Below, in pieces: positions 38,868-49,839 of a stretch of 64,000 nucleotides of DNA. A program made the position numbers and the translations under genes. The number at the start of each line of letters is the position of its first letter. The first letter of the stretch is position 1. The stretch lies in the NCBI GenBank assembly GCA_963665235.2, contig CAXXLX010000002.1:800001-864000 (forward strand), written 5' to 3'. The stretch is from Candidatus Poribacteria bacterium (GTDB lineage: Bacteria; Poribacteria; WGA-4E; WGA-3G). Below the pieces are notes generated by a model that was given only the letters and a program-made list of their open reading frames with translations, was not told the origin of the DNA and did no database searches.

Positions 38868-40223
38868 CTATTCTCTGCGCATCCGTTGGTTCTCTTTTGC
38901 TTGCACATCCGTTAGCTCAGGCTGAACAATTGTCCGTAGGACATCCTCTAATTCATTCCGAATTGCCGCATATTCAGGTTTTGATGCCAAATCGTTGTTT
39001 TCCTGTGGGTCAACGTTTACGTTGAACAGTTGCGGTTGACTTCCAACGTAATAGCAGAGCTTGTAATGTCCACGTTTGAGCATAAAGCCAGCATTAAGCA
39101 TGCCTCTGTGATGGTATTCTGAAAAGACAGCGCGTGTTGTTTTATTGGATTGATGCCGAGCAATTTTTAGAAGACTTTCCCCTGGTAAATCGGAGGGTTT
39201 TTCCAGACCTGCAACCTCCAATAAGGTGGGTAAGACATCTACCAAAGAGACGTTTTGCTCCACGCGCCCGGTCTCTTTTGAAGGTAAACGCAGCATTAAC
39301 GGTACTTTTACTGCCGGTTCGTAGAAACACTGCTTTTGCCAGATGCCGTGGTGACCTGCCATCTCCCCGTGGTCACTTGTGTAGATAACAACCGTATTTT
39401 CACGTAAAGGCGATGTATCAATTGCCTCTAGCACCCGTCCAATCTGTGCATCAAGCGCGGAGACAAGCGCGTAGTAGGCGACCAACGCACAGCGGACAGT
39501 GGCCTCTGGAGGCGGGATGTCATTTCGCCATGCCCAGCGGAGGTGTTGAATTACCGGGTGTTGAGATTCAAGCGGCTCGTTCCAGGTGTCAGGCAGTTCA
39601 ACCGTGTTTGGGTCGTACCGTGAGAAAAACTCCGGTGGGGCAATCAACGGAAAGTGGGGATGCATGAAACCGCAATAGAGCAGGAAGGGTTTTTCGGCAG
39701 GTGTATCAGCTTTTTTGTGGAGGAAGTCCACCGCTAAGTCTGTAACCTTTCGGTCATATTGTGTATGTTCATGGTCGCCCGGTCCGCATTCGGTGACGTG
39801 AGAATTGGAGCCGCGTCGGTCGTCCGCAGTGCGCCGTGGCGGATGTCCCTTTGTACTACGCCACCGCGGGAGATCATCCAGCAACCGTTCGGAAAAACCG
39901 AGCAGTCGGTCTGTACCGTTGAAATGTGTGCGTCCACATAGGACGGTTTCGTAATCCGCCTCTGTCAAATAATCCCCCCACGTTTTGTGCTGCCGTGTGG
40001 CAATTGCACCCAGATCCCACGCTTCAATTTGGTGCGGATAACGTCCGGTGAGTAAAGACAGGCGTGACGGGGTACAGATTGGGCTGTTGCAATACGCGTT
40101 ATCGAAGGTGTAACTCTGCTCGGCAAGCCGGTCAAGGTGCGGGGTCTGAACAACCGAATGTCCGCTGTTTCCCATGACGGTTCCAGTGTGTTCATCCGAG
40201 AAAAGAAAAACGATATTATTCAT
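38868..40223 (-). CDS. Sulfatase (choline-sulfatase-like)
   Basis: SDEH, CTPSR, YTSDHGEM, WQKQCFYE. Confidence 0.9.
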   Translation of the reverse strand: MNNIVFLFSDEHTGTVMGNSGHSVVQTPHLDRLAEQSYTFDNAYCNSPICTPSRLSLLTGRYPHQIEAWDLGAIATRQHKTWGDYLTEADYETVLCGRTHFNGTDRLLGFSERLLDDLPRWRSTKGHPPRRTADDRRGSNSHVTECGPGDHEHTQYDRKVTDLAVDFLHKKADTPAEKPFLLYCGFMHPHFPLIAPPEFFSRYDPNTVELPDTWNEPLESQHPVIQHLRWAWRNDIPPPEATVRCALVAYYALVSALDAQIGRVLEAIDTSPLRENTVVIYTSDHGEMAGHHGIWQKQCFYEPAVKVPLMLRLPSKETGRVEQNVSLVDVLPTLLEVAGLEKPSDLPGESLLKIARHQSNKTTRAVFSEYHHRGMLNAGFMLKRGHYKLCYYVGSQPQLFNVNVDPQENNDLASKPEYAAIRNELEDVLRTIVQPELTDVQAKENQRMRRE

Positions 40224-40887
40224 ATTTGTTACAGAACACTAAAAAGAATCTGTTTTCCTCTATCTCCTCTATCTGTTCACAAAAAAGATGTTTTTCAATG
40301 ATGTACTTAGCAAAGGCCACCGTCCAAAAGTAGGTGGGATAAGCAAACACGCCTTTGTCAGGTATTGTGATATGTCCTCCCACTGAACCTGTCAAGACAT
40401 CATAATCCGCCATACCTGCATCCCTGATGGAGTCATCGCGCATGATTAGAACGAAAAGCCCGTTATCTGTGAGAATTCGTTTTAGTTGAAGTGCTAAGTG
40501 CTCTAGTGCTTGATAGGACAGGTAAAGATGATTTTGCGGAAGTAGCGCGAAATCGAAAGAATTTGCTTTGTAAGGTAGAGCGGCAATATCCCCGATATTA
40601 AATTGGCATTGACTTCCTCTCTTGTGTGCCACCTTTTTAGCATGACTGAGCGGAATTTCTGCACAGTCGATACCGGTTGCTATTGCCCCCATGTTTTCCA
40701 TAGCGAAAGTCATCCGTCCGGCATTACAGCCCAGGTCCAATGCACGCATGCCGGGCTTTATGAGCTGACGCAAATGTTTTTCGTATCTATCAACGACAAA
40801 TTGCGAACGCGGATTATCTGGGTCGGTTGTTGGGTGAACCCCCGCTGTGTTGTACATTTTCCGAATTGCATTATTAATCGTCCGCAT
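40216..40887 (-). CDS. Class I SAM-dependent methyltransferase
   Basis: ALDLGCNAG, GIDC, GDIAALPY..NSFD. Confidence 0.85.
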   Translation of the reverse strand: MRTINNAIRKMYNTAGVHPTTDPDNPRSQFVVDRYEKHLRQLIKPGMRALDLGCNAGRMTFAMENMGAIATGIDCAEIPLSHAKKVAHKRGSQCQFNIGDIAALPYKANSFDFALLPQNHLYLSYQALEHLALQLKRILTDNGLFVLIMRDDSIRDAGMADYDVLTGSVGGHITIPDKGVFAYPTYFWTVAFAKYIIEKHLFCEQIEEIEENRFFLVFCNKYE

Positions 40888-40917
40888 ATCTATATTTTCT
40901 CTCGTTGCAATTCCACT

Positions 40918-41955
40918 CTAATGCATCTTGACAGAAAACACGTAACTGAGAATTGTCACCAAAATATACGCGCAGACTAGGACGACTCCAAATGAACGTT
41001 TCAATTGGGTTCCCGAAATAAAGATTCCGACGCGAAAGACTATCAAAATAAATAACATCATAGGAAACAGAAACATAAAAGCTTTCTCTGATGCCTGTAG
41101 TCCTGCTGGCGTTGCTGCTGCTGACACCCCAGCGACGAAAAGAACGTTAAGGATATCTGCTCCAATAATGTTTCCGACTGCTAACTCTCCATGTCCGCGC
41201 CGGACTGCCGTTATGGCTGTTACAAGTTCTGGCAGCGATGTGCCAAAAGCGACAAGCGTTGCAGCAATAATTTCGCTCGGTACCTTAAACCTTTCTGCTA
41301 GTTCACTTACCGTGGGAATCAGGATTTGCGCGGAGATAACGACAATAGCAATTGACCCGATGAGTTTCAGCAGGGTGAGGAGTGTGCTCTTCCCCTCGGA
41401 ATCTGTTTCCGCTTCGTGTTCAGTCTCAGGCGTTGTTGAACCTGCCCATCGGATAGATTGCCACACGTACAACGCTAACAGTGCGACAAAAACAAATCCC
41501 ATGAATTGTGGCAGCGTGCCTCCTTCGCGGAAGACTTTCGCTGGGGATGCCCAGGGAAAACAGGCTAATACCAAGAGAATTCCGGCACCGACCTGGACAT
41601 TTGATAAGCGCGAGGCCAACTGACGGTTGAACGATAACGGTGCAATTAACGAGGCTAGTCCGAGGATAAGTCCTGTGTCACAAATAATTGAGCCGACTGC
41701 GTTTCCGAGGGCGAGCCCCGGTTCTCCCTGTATCGCTGAAAAGACAGAAACGGCCGCCTCTGGTGTTGTTGTTCCAATACTTACAATCGTTGCGCCGATA
41801 ACAGCCTTTCCCAATCCCCATCGCTTTGAAAGCACTACCGCTTCATCAACAAGCCAGTCTGCCCCTTTACCGAGCATGGCGAGTGTCACCCCGGTGATAA
41901 GTAAAAGAGCTACGATAGGGAATTCGCTAATATATTCAGCAATCCAATGTTCCAT
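40918..41955 (-). CDS. Ca2+/Na+ antiporter (YrbG-like)
   Basis: Two alpha repeats, GTTTPE and GTSLPE; GNAVGS and GNIIGA. Confidence 0.9.
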   Translation of the reverse strand: MEHWIAEYISEFPIVALLLITGVTLAMLGKGADWLVDEAVVLSKRWGLGKAVIGATIVSIGTTTPEAAVSVFSAIQGEPGLALGNAVGSIICDTGLILGLASLIAPLSFNRQLASRLSNVQVGAGILLVLACFPWASPAKVFREGGTLPQFMGFVFVALLALYVWQSIRWAGSTTPETEHEAETDSEGKSTLLTLLKLIGSIAIVVISAQILIPTVSELAERFKVPSEIIAATLVAFGTSLPELVTAITAVRRGHGELAVGNIIGADILNVLFVAGVSAAATPAGLQASEKAFMFLFPMMLFILIVFRVGIFISGTQLKRSFGVVLVCAYILVTILSYVFSVKMH

Positions 41956-41982
41956 GAACTATAACTGTCCCTTCTAAAATCC

Positions 41983-43146
41983 CTAAACCTTTTGGCGTTC
42001 CCTTTGATGCCAAATATACAAAATCGGGCTTGCAATGAAAACCGAGGAATAGGTCCCGACTATCACTCCAACGATGAGTGCTAAGGCGAACGTGTTAATT
42101 TCCTCACCGGATGTAGAGAGGAAGAAGATAACAAGCACAACAAACAGAGTCGTCAATGACGTAATAACGGTTCGACTCAATGATTGATTGATGCTTCGAT
42201 TGAGCACCTCGATGTACTCAGTGCCACGCAAGGTTTGTCCGTTTTCGCGAATCCGGTCAAATACGACAATTGTGTCGTTGAGCGAATATCCTATGATTGT
42301 GAGGAACGCGGCGACGGTCGGGAGGTTAATCTCTTTTGAGAAGATGGCAAAGATGCCTAGCGTAATAAGAACGTCGTGGACAAGTGCCGCAATTGCACCG
42401 ATAGCGAAACGGAACTCAAACCGCCAAGAGATATAGACCAATAAGATGATGATTGACCAGAGGACAGACCAGAGTGCAGACACCTTGAGGTCCCGTCCAA
42501 CACTGGGGCCCACTTCGGAGACGTTGACCCCTCCGGAAATTGCCTGCCATCCCTCTCCGCCTGTGAGGAGTGCTTCGGTGAGAATTGTACCGATGCTTGC
42601 CTGTATTTGGACGATAGTGTTTTCGCTTAGGTCCACGCCGAATTCTTCTGCGAAAGTCAGTTCAATTGCAGCCCCCTCGCTAACAGTTTCGAGGGTTTGT
42701 ATCTCTTTACGTTGGCGCGTGCTGCCATCAATCAGTTCGACTGTTGTCCCGGGCCGCAAGAGGTGTACTTTTTCTGCGGTACTGCTGACCTGTAGTTGCA
42801 TCGCGGTTGCGTCGCCTGGGTCCGCTGTGACAGGAATATCAATGAGCTGTTCCTGAAATTCGGGACGATGGCCCATAGAGATAGAGGCTTCGTTCTTGCC
42901 AGCGTCGATTTGGATTTTTGCCTGTTCGTAACCTAATTCAGTGAGTTTTGCTGCCACCTCAGTTTCGGTAACCTGTCTAGTGAATTTGGCTTGGATTTTA
43001 ACACCCCCCCGGAAGTCAATTCCGAAGTTTGGCCCCCGTTGGACGCTAAGGAAGCCTAAACCGATGAGGATGACCACCGCTGAGGTGAGAAACCCGGTGC
43101 GATATTTGCTAATAAAGTTAAAGTTTGTACCTTTCAGAAATTCCAA
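41983..43146 (-). CDS. secF: Protein translocase subunit SecF
   Basis: GIDFRGG, VGPSVG, HDV, GYSLNDTIVVFDRIRE, GTYSSVFIA. Confidence 0.95.
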   Translation of the reverse strand: MEFLKGTNFNFISKYRTGFLTSAVVILIGLGFLSVQRGPNFGIDFRGGVKIQAKFTRQVTETEVAAKLTELGYEQAKIQIDAGKNEASISMGHRPEFQEQLIDIPVTADPGDATAMQLQVSSTAEKVHLLRPGTTVELIDGSTRQRKEIQTLETVSEGAAIELTFAEEFGVDLSENTIVQIQASIGTILTEALLTGGEGWQAISGGVNVSEVGPSVGRDLKVSALWSVLWSIIILLVYISWRFEFRFAIGAIAALVHDVLITLGIFAIFSKEINLPTVAAFLTIIGYSLNDTIVVFDRIRENGQTLRGTEYIEVLNRSINQSLSRTVITSLTTLFVVLVIFFLSTSGEEINTFALALIVGVIVGTYSSVFIASPILYIWHQRERQKV

Positions 43147-43179
43147 TTTTTTGTATCCTTTCCACGTTTGCTTTGGCTA

Positions 43180-45132
43180 CTAGATGCTTAATTTCTGTAC
43201 GTCCCGGTTTCCAAGTACCCACCCGTATATTTCGCGTGTGACGATAATTGCGGTGAACATACTGGCGAGGATGCCGATACCGAGTGTTATTGCAAACCCT
43301 TTAATCGGCCCGGTTCCGAAATGATAGAGGACGAGTGCAGTAAAAAATGTGGTGAGATTGGCATCTAAAATTGTGAGGAATGCGCGTTGGTACCCGCTGG
43401 TAATAGCTGGCCAAACGGGTTTGCCGGTTCGCAATTCTTCGCGAATTCGTTCAAAGATAAGCACATTTGCGTCAACAGACATGCCGATAGTGAGCACTAA
43501 ACCAGCGATGCCGGGGAGTGTTAGGGCGGCCCCAAATCCCGCCAATGCGCCAAGGATAATGAACATGTTCAAAACGAGCGCAATGATGGCAACGAGTCCA
43601 GAGAATTGGTAATAAATTATCATGAAAACTAGGACAACGCTTAACCCAATAACAGCTGCTTTAATGCCGTTGTCAATAGATTCTTGACCGAGGGTGGGAC
43701 CGACGGTTCGTTCTTCAGCGATTTGGACTCCGACTGGGAATGCTCCTGCGGTGAGGATATTAGCAAGATAGTCGGCTTCCTCAAAATTAAACTGTCCTTC
43801 AATAACCGCGCCGCCCCCGATAATAGGTTCCTTGATACGTGGTGCAGATTGTACTATGCCATCAAGTAGAATTGCTAACGCCTCCCCTGTATGGTTAGTG
43901 GTAACATCGGCGAATCTATTGCTACCTGCCCCATCAAACCGCATAGAGACAACAATCTCAAAAGTGCTTTGTGTTGTCGGAAAAGCCTCATCAATAAAAT
44001 CGCCGGTTAAGAGAACTGGACTTTCGAGGACATACCAGGCTCCTGTGTCGCGCTGGTAACGGATTTCACAATCTTCAGGCAGTTCGTCCGGTGGCGGTGT
44101 ATTCGCGGAGCCGCTCCACCAAGTGTCCCCGCTAGGCGATTTTCTGACCAGTTTAAATTCCAACCGGCCCATCGTTCGGACAATTTGCAGCGGTTTTGAT
44201 GAATCCTTTGCACCGGGCAATTCAACGATAATTCGGGGACGATTCGCCTCTTGTCGGATAGAGGGTTCAGCAACCCCGAACGCATCCACCCGATTTCGCA
44301 AGACGATAAGTACTTTTTCAATGGCATCCTCGCTGTATTCTTTAAGCCCCTTGGAGCCCAATTGGAGCTGAAATGTGGCTTGGTTATCGATGTCGGGAAG
44401 GAGCGTTGCGTCGTCAAAGAATTCTAGTTCATTTAGGATGTCCTTGGCTTTGTCAAGGTATTTCGTTTTCTCATCTGGTGCGGACCTATACCGAGAGGGT
44501 ATGCCGATGAGGACGTTGAGTGCGTTTTGTCCCTCCACGCGTTTTACGCCATCTTCTCGGCATAAAATTTCCTTTTCGCGCAACAGCTCAGGAATAGAGT
44601 CGACGCGTGCACGCATCAGTTCGTCCTTGGATTTTTCTAGGTCAACCTCCAAGACAAGATGAACGCCGCCTTTCAGGTCCAATCCTAACTTGAGCCGGTT
44701 ATCCGGTATTAGCCGCCTCAATAGCATTGGAAGGCTCCCGTATAGGTGCAAATCCGCTAAGATTGCTGCGGGGTTTTCTTGTGCTTTGTCGGATAGCAGT
44801 CTAACGTAAAATTCCCGTTCTTCGGTCGTATCAAATTGATAGTCAACCTGTTCTTCAAACCCGAGCGTCTCTAAATGAACCCGGAAAACGTCCTCGAACC
44901 CCGCTGTGGCATCCTGAAAACTTCTGCCTTCGGGGTATGTCACGTCTGCTAAACTGACCTTGAAGGCATTCTCTTCGCTGACTTCAAAGCGAGGCAGGAC
45001 CTCCTGCATCCAAAGGGGTAGGTTTCCATATAACGGATTATAGAAACGGTCAGGGGTGGGAATGAGATATAGAGCTGCGAGCAGCAAAATGCCAATAATT
45101 AAAACGAGCTTCCAACCACTAAATTTGTACAT
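43180..45132 (-). CDS. secD: Protein translocase subunit SecD
   Basis: LGLDLKGG, RVDAFGVAEP, VGPTLG, GMSVDANVLIFERIRE; start could be further upstream (to 45165). Confidence 0.95.
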   Translation of the reverse strand: MYKFSGWKLVLIIGILLLAALYLIPTPDRFYNPLYGNLPLWMQEVLPRFEVSEENAFKVSLADVTYPEGRSFQDATAGFEDVFRVHLETLGFEEQVDYQFDTTEEREFYVRLLSDKAQENPAAILADLHLYGSLPMLLRRLIPDNRLKLGLDLKGGVHLVLEVDLEKSKDELMRARVDSIPELLREKEILCREDGVKRVEGQNALNVLIGIPSRYRSAPDEKTKYLDKAKDILNELEFFDDATLLPDIDNQATFQLQLGSKGLKEYSEDAIEKVLIVLRNRVDAFGVAEPSIRQEANRPRIIVELPGAKDSSKPLQIVRTMGRLEFKLVRKSPSGDTWWSGSANTPPPDELPEDCEIRYQRDTGAWYVLESPVLLTGDFIDEAFPTTQSTFEIVVSMRFDGAGSNRFADVTTNHTGEALAILLDGIVQSAPRIKEPIIGGGAVIEGQFNFEEADYLANILTAGAFPVGVQIAEERTVGPTLGQESIDNGIKAAVIGLSVVLVFMIIYYQFSGLVAIIALVLNMFIILGALAGFGAALTLPGIAGLVLTIGMSVDANVLIFERIREELRTGKPVWPAITSGYQRAFLTILDANLTTFFTALVLYHFGTGPIKGFAITLGIGILASMFTAIIVTREIYGWVLGNRDVQKLSI

Positions 45133-45284
45133 CAATGCCTCCGATTCCGCTGCTGCTTTTTGCACGAACGAGAGATGTGCTGTAGAAGCGGAATGTTTTT
45201 ACGCTGAATATTCAAAAATCTTTCGCGCTATTCTTTGGAAAAAAATATATATCAGATATTATGGTCTCGCGTGGTCTCGCGAAG

Positions 45285-45357
45285 TGCGCCTGGGAGGAAT
45301 CGAACCCCCGACACGAGGCTTAGGAAGCCCCTGCTCTATCCCCTGAGCTACAGGCGC
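45285..45357 (-). tRNA. tRNA-Arg (anticodon CCT)
   Basis: GCGCCTG acceptor stem, TAGCTCAG D-arm, GGGGC-TTCCTAA-GCCTC anticodon arm, GGTTCGATTCC T-arm; CCA not encoded. Confidence 0.95.
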
Positions 45358-45440
45358 GTTTGTCGGCACACCCCTATAAGGGTGAACGTTGTTGTCCTTG
45401 CCGGTTGATTTCACAAATTGTAATTATACCCCAGTTTTTT

Positions 45441-45956
45441 CTAAAATTCAATGAGAGAAAAGATTTCCTGGTCTCCAAGTTTTTCGCGTCCGTTGAGTTG
45501 TGTGAGCTCAATTAAGAGGGCAATCCCAACTAGGTCCGCGTCAAGTTTTTCAACGAGTTCAACCGAAGCGGCAAGCGTGCCACCTGTAGCTAAAACATCA
45601 TCACAGATAAGCACGCGGCTCCCCTTGGGGAACGCGTCTTGATGAATGGCAAGTGTATCGGTGCCGTATTCAAGGTCGTAGGTCGCTTCGTGAGTGTCGA
45701 ACGGGAGTTTACCGCTTTTACGGATGGGAACAAAGGCGGCACCAAGCCGATACGCCAGCGCGGATGCGAAAATGAAACCACGGGCATCAATGCCAACAAC
45801 TACCTCAATTGACTCGGATTCATAACGGTGTGTGAACGCGTCAATTGCGTTCTGGAAAGCGGTACTGTTTCCTAAAAGCGGTGTAATGTCTTTGAATAAG
45901 ATGCCCGGTTTGGGAAAATCGGGTATATCTCGAATAAACGTTGAAAAATCGTGCAT
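45441..45956 (-). CDS. apt: Adenine phosphoribosyltransferase
   Basis: IPDFPKPGILFKDITPL, ARGF, LEYG, ICDDVLATGGT. Confidence 0.96.
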   Translation of the reverse strand: MHDFSTFIRDIPDFPKPGILFKDITPLLGNSTAFQNAIDAFTHRYESESIEVVVGIDARGFIFASALAYRLGAAFVPIRKSGKLPFDTHEATYDLEYGTDTLAIHQDAFPKGSRVLICDDVLATGGTLAASVELVEKLDADLVGIALLIELTQLNGREKLGDQEIFSLIEF

Positions 45957-45983
45957 TATCTACCTTTCTTATTATCTCGTCCC

Positions 45984-47036
45984 TTACGAAGATTCCGCAT
46001 GGGGATGTATCATAATTTTCATCCCTTTTCGGGATTCCATCGCCTCAAAAGCCTCGTCAATTTCCACAAGCGGGAAGTGATGTGTGATAAGCGGCTGTAC
46101 CCGAACTAATCCCTTTTCCAGAAGTCGGACCGCCAACTCATGATGACGCGGGACGCATCCGTGAGACCCGGTGACGAAACACTCCTTGTAATGGATAGTG
46201 TTCGATAGAATCTGCATCGGCCGCATCGTCTTCGGCAACCCGCCGAATAGGTTAACATACCCACGGTGTGCCACCATTTCAACGGCTTGTTCATGCGCCT
46301 CAACGGACGCGCAAGTGGTAACGACAATATCTGGGCCGGCACCATCTGTCTCCTCACGGCATCTTTCAAGCACGTCCTCCTCTTCGGAGGCGATGTAGGT
46401 ATCCGCTTCATAAAATTTCGCGAGTTTCATGCGTAATTGACTTCGCTGAATACCGATAACTTTCGTTGCACCCATGATGCGAGCGAGGTCAATCATCATA
46501 CACCCAATCGGGCCCAGCCCGATAATTACGACGGTTTTTCCGAGCGACATGTTTACCAACTCAAGCCCATTGATGGCACATGCAAGCGGTTCGGCAAGTG
46601 CTGCTTCGTCAAAACTCAGGCCGGCTCCAAATGGTGTAACCGGGCCCTCTTCCAGAACGAGCTGCGGCAGTTTCATATATTGTGCAAACGCCCCCGGAAT
46701 TTGGTAACCGATAGCGTAATTGATGTGGCAGTTGTTTCCGAGCCCGTTACGGCACCAGTGGCACTGCCCACACGGGACATCCGCACCGATGGAGACACGG
46801 TCGCCCTCCTTTACGCGGGTCACGTTTTTGCCAACCTTTACAATCACACCCGAATTTTCATGTCCAATAATTGTCGGCGGTTTGACACGCGGATTGCCGT
46901 GGCGGAAAATACGAACATCCGACCCGCATATACTGACAGATTCAACACGCATCAAGGCGGAGTCGTTGTCAATTTCTGGTTCCGGAACTTCCTGGACGCT
47001 CAAATTTTCGAGGCTTTCAAGTATAGCCGCTTTCAT
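45984..47036 (-). CDS. Zn-dependent polyol/sugar dehydrogenase
   Basis: ICGSD, GHE, CxxCxxC...C, GLGPIG. Confidence 0.9.
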   Translation of the reverse strand: MKAAILESLENLSVQEVPEPEIDNDSALMRVESVSICGSDVRIFRHGNPRVKPPTIIGHENSGVIVKVGKNVTRVKEGDRVSIGADVPCGQCHWCRNGLGNNCHINYAIGYQIPGAFAQYMKLPQLVLEEGPVTPFGAGLSFDEAALAEPLACAINGLELVNMSLGKTVVIIGLGPIGCMMIDLARIMGATKVIGIQRSQLRMKLAKFYEADTYIASEEEDVLERCREETDGAGPDIVVTTCASVEAHEQAVEMVAHRGYVNLFGGLPKTMRPMQILSNTIHYKECFVTGSHGCVPRHHELAVRLLEKGLVRVQPLITHHFPLVEIDEAFEAMESRKGMKIMIHPHAESS

Positions 47037-47047
47037 ATATTCTCCTT

Positions 47048-48112
47048 TTACGATGGATGAATAAGTACTTTTGCGTAAAATTCGCTTTTATCCCGCATCA
47101 TGTGCAGTGTTTCTGTGCTATTCATCAACGGCACCTTGTGTGTAATCAGGGGTGAGAGGGTTAGCTCACCTGACTCCATCGCTTTCAGCACGGTGCGCCA
47201 ATCATCGTCGTTACCCGCAATGCTATAATCGGAGTTCCACGTGCCTAAGAGGTTCACCTCCCGCCGCATCACTTGTGAAATGAGTGTCGCGGGCAGGGTT
47301 ACATCTGCAATAGGGTTACCGAGTAAAATGACGGTGCCGCTCCGTCTCACACTCCCTAAGGCGTTCAGATAGGTTTGCGGGACACCTGCGGCTTCAATGC
47401 ACACATGCACCCCCTTACTATCTGTTAGTATGTTTATCACGCTAATTACATCTTCAACGCTACTGTTAAAAACATGTTCAAACCCAAGCTGTTGTGCTAA
47501 TTCAAGCTTCGCGGGGACAATATCGAACAGAAAAACGGATGTCGCCCCCATGATTTTTGACCACTGCGCAGCCATTAACCCGATTGGCCCTGCTCCGAAG
47601 ATTGCAACTGTTTTGCCGACGAGCGAATTTTGAGCTCGGCGGAGCGCGTGGAGTGCCACAGCCGCCGGTTCTGTCATCGCCGCCGCTTCTAACGTTACGC
47701 CTTCCGGTACAGGAATTAAGTTCTCTTTCGGTGCAACGACAAATTCGGCAAACGCTCCATCACTTCGGGAGCCGAGATAGCCGTAATCATCACACTGGAC
47801 ATATTTACCTTTTTCACATGCGGCACAGTCCCCACACCAAAGCAGTGGGAAAACAACAACAGCATCGCCCGGTGCAAAGTTGCTAACGCCTGAACCGCAC
47901 GCGTCAACGGTGCCAGCAAATTCATGTCCGCACACTGTGGGAAAGCTATAGGTGCCTTTGGCAAAAATTCGCGGAATATCGGAGCCACATACGCCACAGA
48001 ACCCAATTCGCACACGGACCTCCCCTGTAGCAGGGGGGGGAATAGGGATGCGTTCTAGTCGTAAATCCCCAACGCCGTGCAGAACTAAAGCTTCCATCAA
48101 ATCGCTGCGCAT
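47048..48112 (-). CDS. Zn-dependent dehydrogenase (galactitol-1-phosphate dehydrogenase-like)
   Basis: VCGSDIPR, GHEFAG, LGSRSDG, GAGPIG, GTWNS; start moved to ATG 48112 after GGAGA. Confidence 0.88.
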   Translation of the reverse strand: MRSDLMEALVLHGVGDLRLERIPIPPPATGEVRVRIGFCGVCGSDIPRIFAKGTYSFPTVCGHEFAGTVDACGSGVSNFAPGDAVVVFPLLWCGDCAACEKGKYVQCDDYGYLGSRSDGAFAEFVVAPKENLIPVPEGVTLEAAAMTEPAAVALHALRRAQNSLVGKTVAIFGAGPIGLMAAQWSKIMGATSVFLFDIVPAKLELAQQLGFEHVFNSSVEDVISVINILTDSKGVHVCIEAAGVPQTYLNALGSVRRSGTVILLGNPIADVTLPATLISQVMRREVNLLGTWNSDYSIAGNDDDWRTVLKAMESGELTLSPLITHKVPLMNSTETLHMMRDKSEFYAKVLIHPS

Positions 48113-48116
48113 GCCG

Positions 48117-48914
48117 TTATCTTTCTCCAAGCGGTTGAGCCTTCCTACAAGCAACGCCTTTGGCGATAGCGGCGTGAATCTGTTTGATATTTTCCGCACG
48201 GGTGCCGGATGTGTGGAAAACACTGCTGCTTCCACCGACTAAAATATCGGCACCTGCTGCTACCATCTTAGGAATATTCTCGAAACTGACATTGCCATCC
48301 ACTTCAATTGGAAGGGAGGTGCCGCGTTCGGCTAAAAATTCCCTGCATTCCGAAATCTTTTGGAGTGTAGCAGGCACCATTTTCTGGCCTGCAAACCCCG
48401 GATTTACCGTCATAATTAGTACAAAGTCCAGCCGCGGAAGCACGTAATCCAACGCAGATAACGGAGTTGCTGGGTTTAGGGCAGCACCTGCTTTGATGCC
48501 GTGTTCCTGAATAACCGACAAGGTCCTATCGAGATGAACCGCAGATTCAACATGAACTGCTATTTGCTGAACGCCAATTTTTGCAACAGCCTCGACAAAA
48601 AAGTCGTTATTTTCTACCATCAGGTGAATGTCGAAAGCACAAGTTGTTTTCGGGCGCAGCTGTGCAATCAGCGATAACCCAATCGGCATATTTGGCACGA
48701 AGTGGGCATCCATTAAATCAAAATGGAGCATCGTAATGCCTGCCGTTTCCAATTGCTGAATATCCGCCTCTAAATTACAGAGGTCGGCGCACATGATGGA
48801 TGGCGACAGTTGAATGGTTTTATCCGGATGTGTCTGTTGCACTTGGTTCGTTGACTCTTGCGCTCGTTTTAACCGAATATCCGAGGCGTGCCGCTCAGAT
48901 ATACAAGTCAGCAA
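48117..48914 (-). CDS. rpe: Ribulose-phosphate 3-epimerase family (possibly hexulose-6-P epimerase)
   Basis: SPSIMCAD, HFDLMDAHFVPN, DIHLMV, MTVNPGFAGQ, EVDG. Confidence 0.88.
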   Translation of the reverse strand: MLTCISERHASDIRLKRAQESTNQVQQTHPDKTIQLSPSIMCADLCNLEADIQQLETAGITMLHFDLMDAHFVPNMPIGLSLIAQLRPKTTCAFDIHLMVENNDFFVEAVAKIGVQQIAVHVESAVHLDRTLSVIQEHGIKAGAALNPATPLSALDYVLPRLDFVLIMTVNPGFAGQKMVPATLQKISECREFLAERGTSLPIEVDGNVSFENIPKMVAAGADILVGGSSSVFHTSGTRAENIKQIHAAIAKGVACRKAQPLGER

Positions 48915-48950
48915 GATTGCTCTCCACTCAGTTCAATATTTCATTTGTTA

Positions 48951-48979
48951 ATTATAACATGAAATAGGGGATTTGTCAA
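48951..48979 (-). promoter_or_regulatory. Consensus sigma-70 promoter
   Basis: TTGACA-17 bp-TATAAT on the minus strand. Confidence 0.8.
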
Positions 48980-49339
48980 ATTTGCAGAAACATTAGAGTG
49001 TGTAAAGTTTTTGTACAAACCCGGTGTAAATGTTACACTTTTGACACAAAGTGTAACATTCGGTTTCCGGTTCTGAATGTGTCTGAACGCCCGCCCCGTC
49101 TATGTTTATAAGCCGTTTTGCCCTCTATTTTTCGCAACAGAAAAAAAGGGGTTGTGTCATTTCGACCGCCGATTTCAGGTATCTGTCCTGACCACTTTTC
49201 GGTCTGTTCTGCCTCCTATTTTTTCACACCGTTCCGGTGCATAAGTTACACTTTTGACACACGCTATCGGTGTCTGCTCAGGTTCGTTGCAAACCGTGCC
49301 GCTTTCCTCCGAAAAATGTTTTGGTTTTCTGTTATATTA

Positions 49340-49572
49340 TACCATTTTTATTAATTATTCTATCATTACCGGTTGTTTAGAAATGAAACGGAGAACGGAA
49401 GACCCAAACTGGAAGTTTATGCTACAAGAATCGCACAAACTGGAAGTTTATGCTACAAGAACCGCACAAACTAAAAGTTTATGCTACAAGGCACAAACTG
49501 GAAGTTTATGCTACAAGGCACAAACTGGAAGTTTATGCTACAAGAAAGAGACATTTTCAATTAGAAATGGTA
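49340..49572. mobile_element. MITE class A (TACCATTT ends, TTA duplication) with 5 REP units
   Basis: TTA-TACCATTT...AAATGGTA-TTA; internal GCACAAACTGGAAGTTTATGCTAC repeats. Confidence 0.85.
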
Positions 49573-49756
49573 TTAGTTGCGAACTGTTTGATTTTTCTTC
49601 AAAAAAAATATCGTGTGGGTGCGTAAAGTTTTTGTATTTATGTTACATCTTTTTTGTCCTGCCACCCTTCCACCTATCGCTTTGACAAAACCTTTACCCA
49701 CCCCTAAAATTGTCCAAAGTTTAGTAAATATTAAAATCCCTTCAATTTTTCGCAAA

Positions 49757-49839
49757 AATCTTATATTATGATTTTTATCACTTTTTCATAATATGGAATC
49801 TTATATTATGATTTTTATCACTTTTTCATAATATGGAAT
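49757..49839. repeat. 40-bp tandem duplication
   Basis: AATCTTATATTATGATTTTTATCACTTTTTCATAATATGG twice. Confidence 0.9.

Noticed and set aside
45285-45357. tRNA-Arg as an integration site for an island
   Set aside because: No integrase and no duplicated tRNA 3' end were found; the flanks are housekeeping genes
49254-49685. 143-aa ORF with AQTGSLCYK repeats, and other short ORFs at 51.6-52.2 kb
   Set aside because: These are translations of MITE and REP sequence with no protein signature
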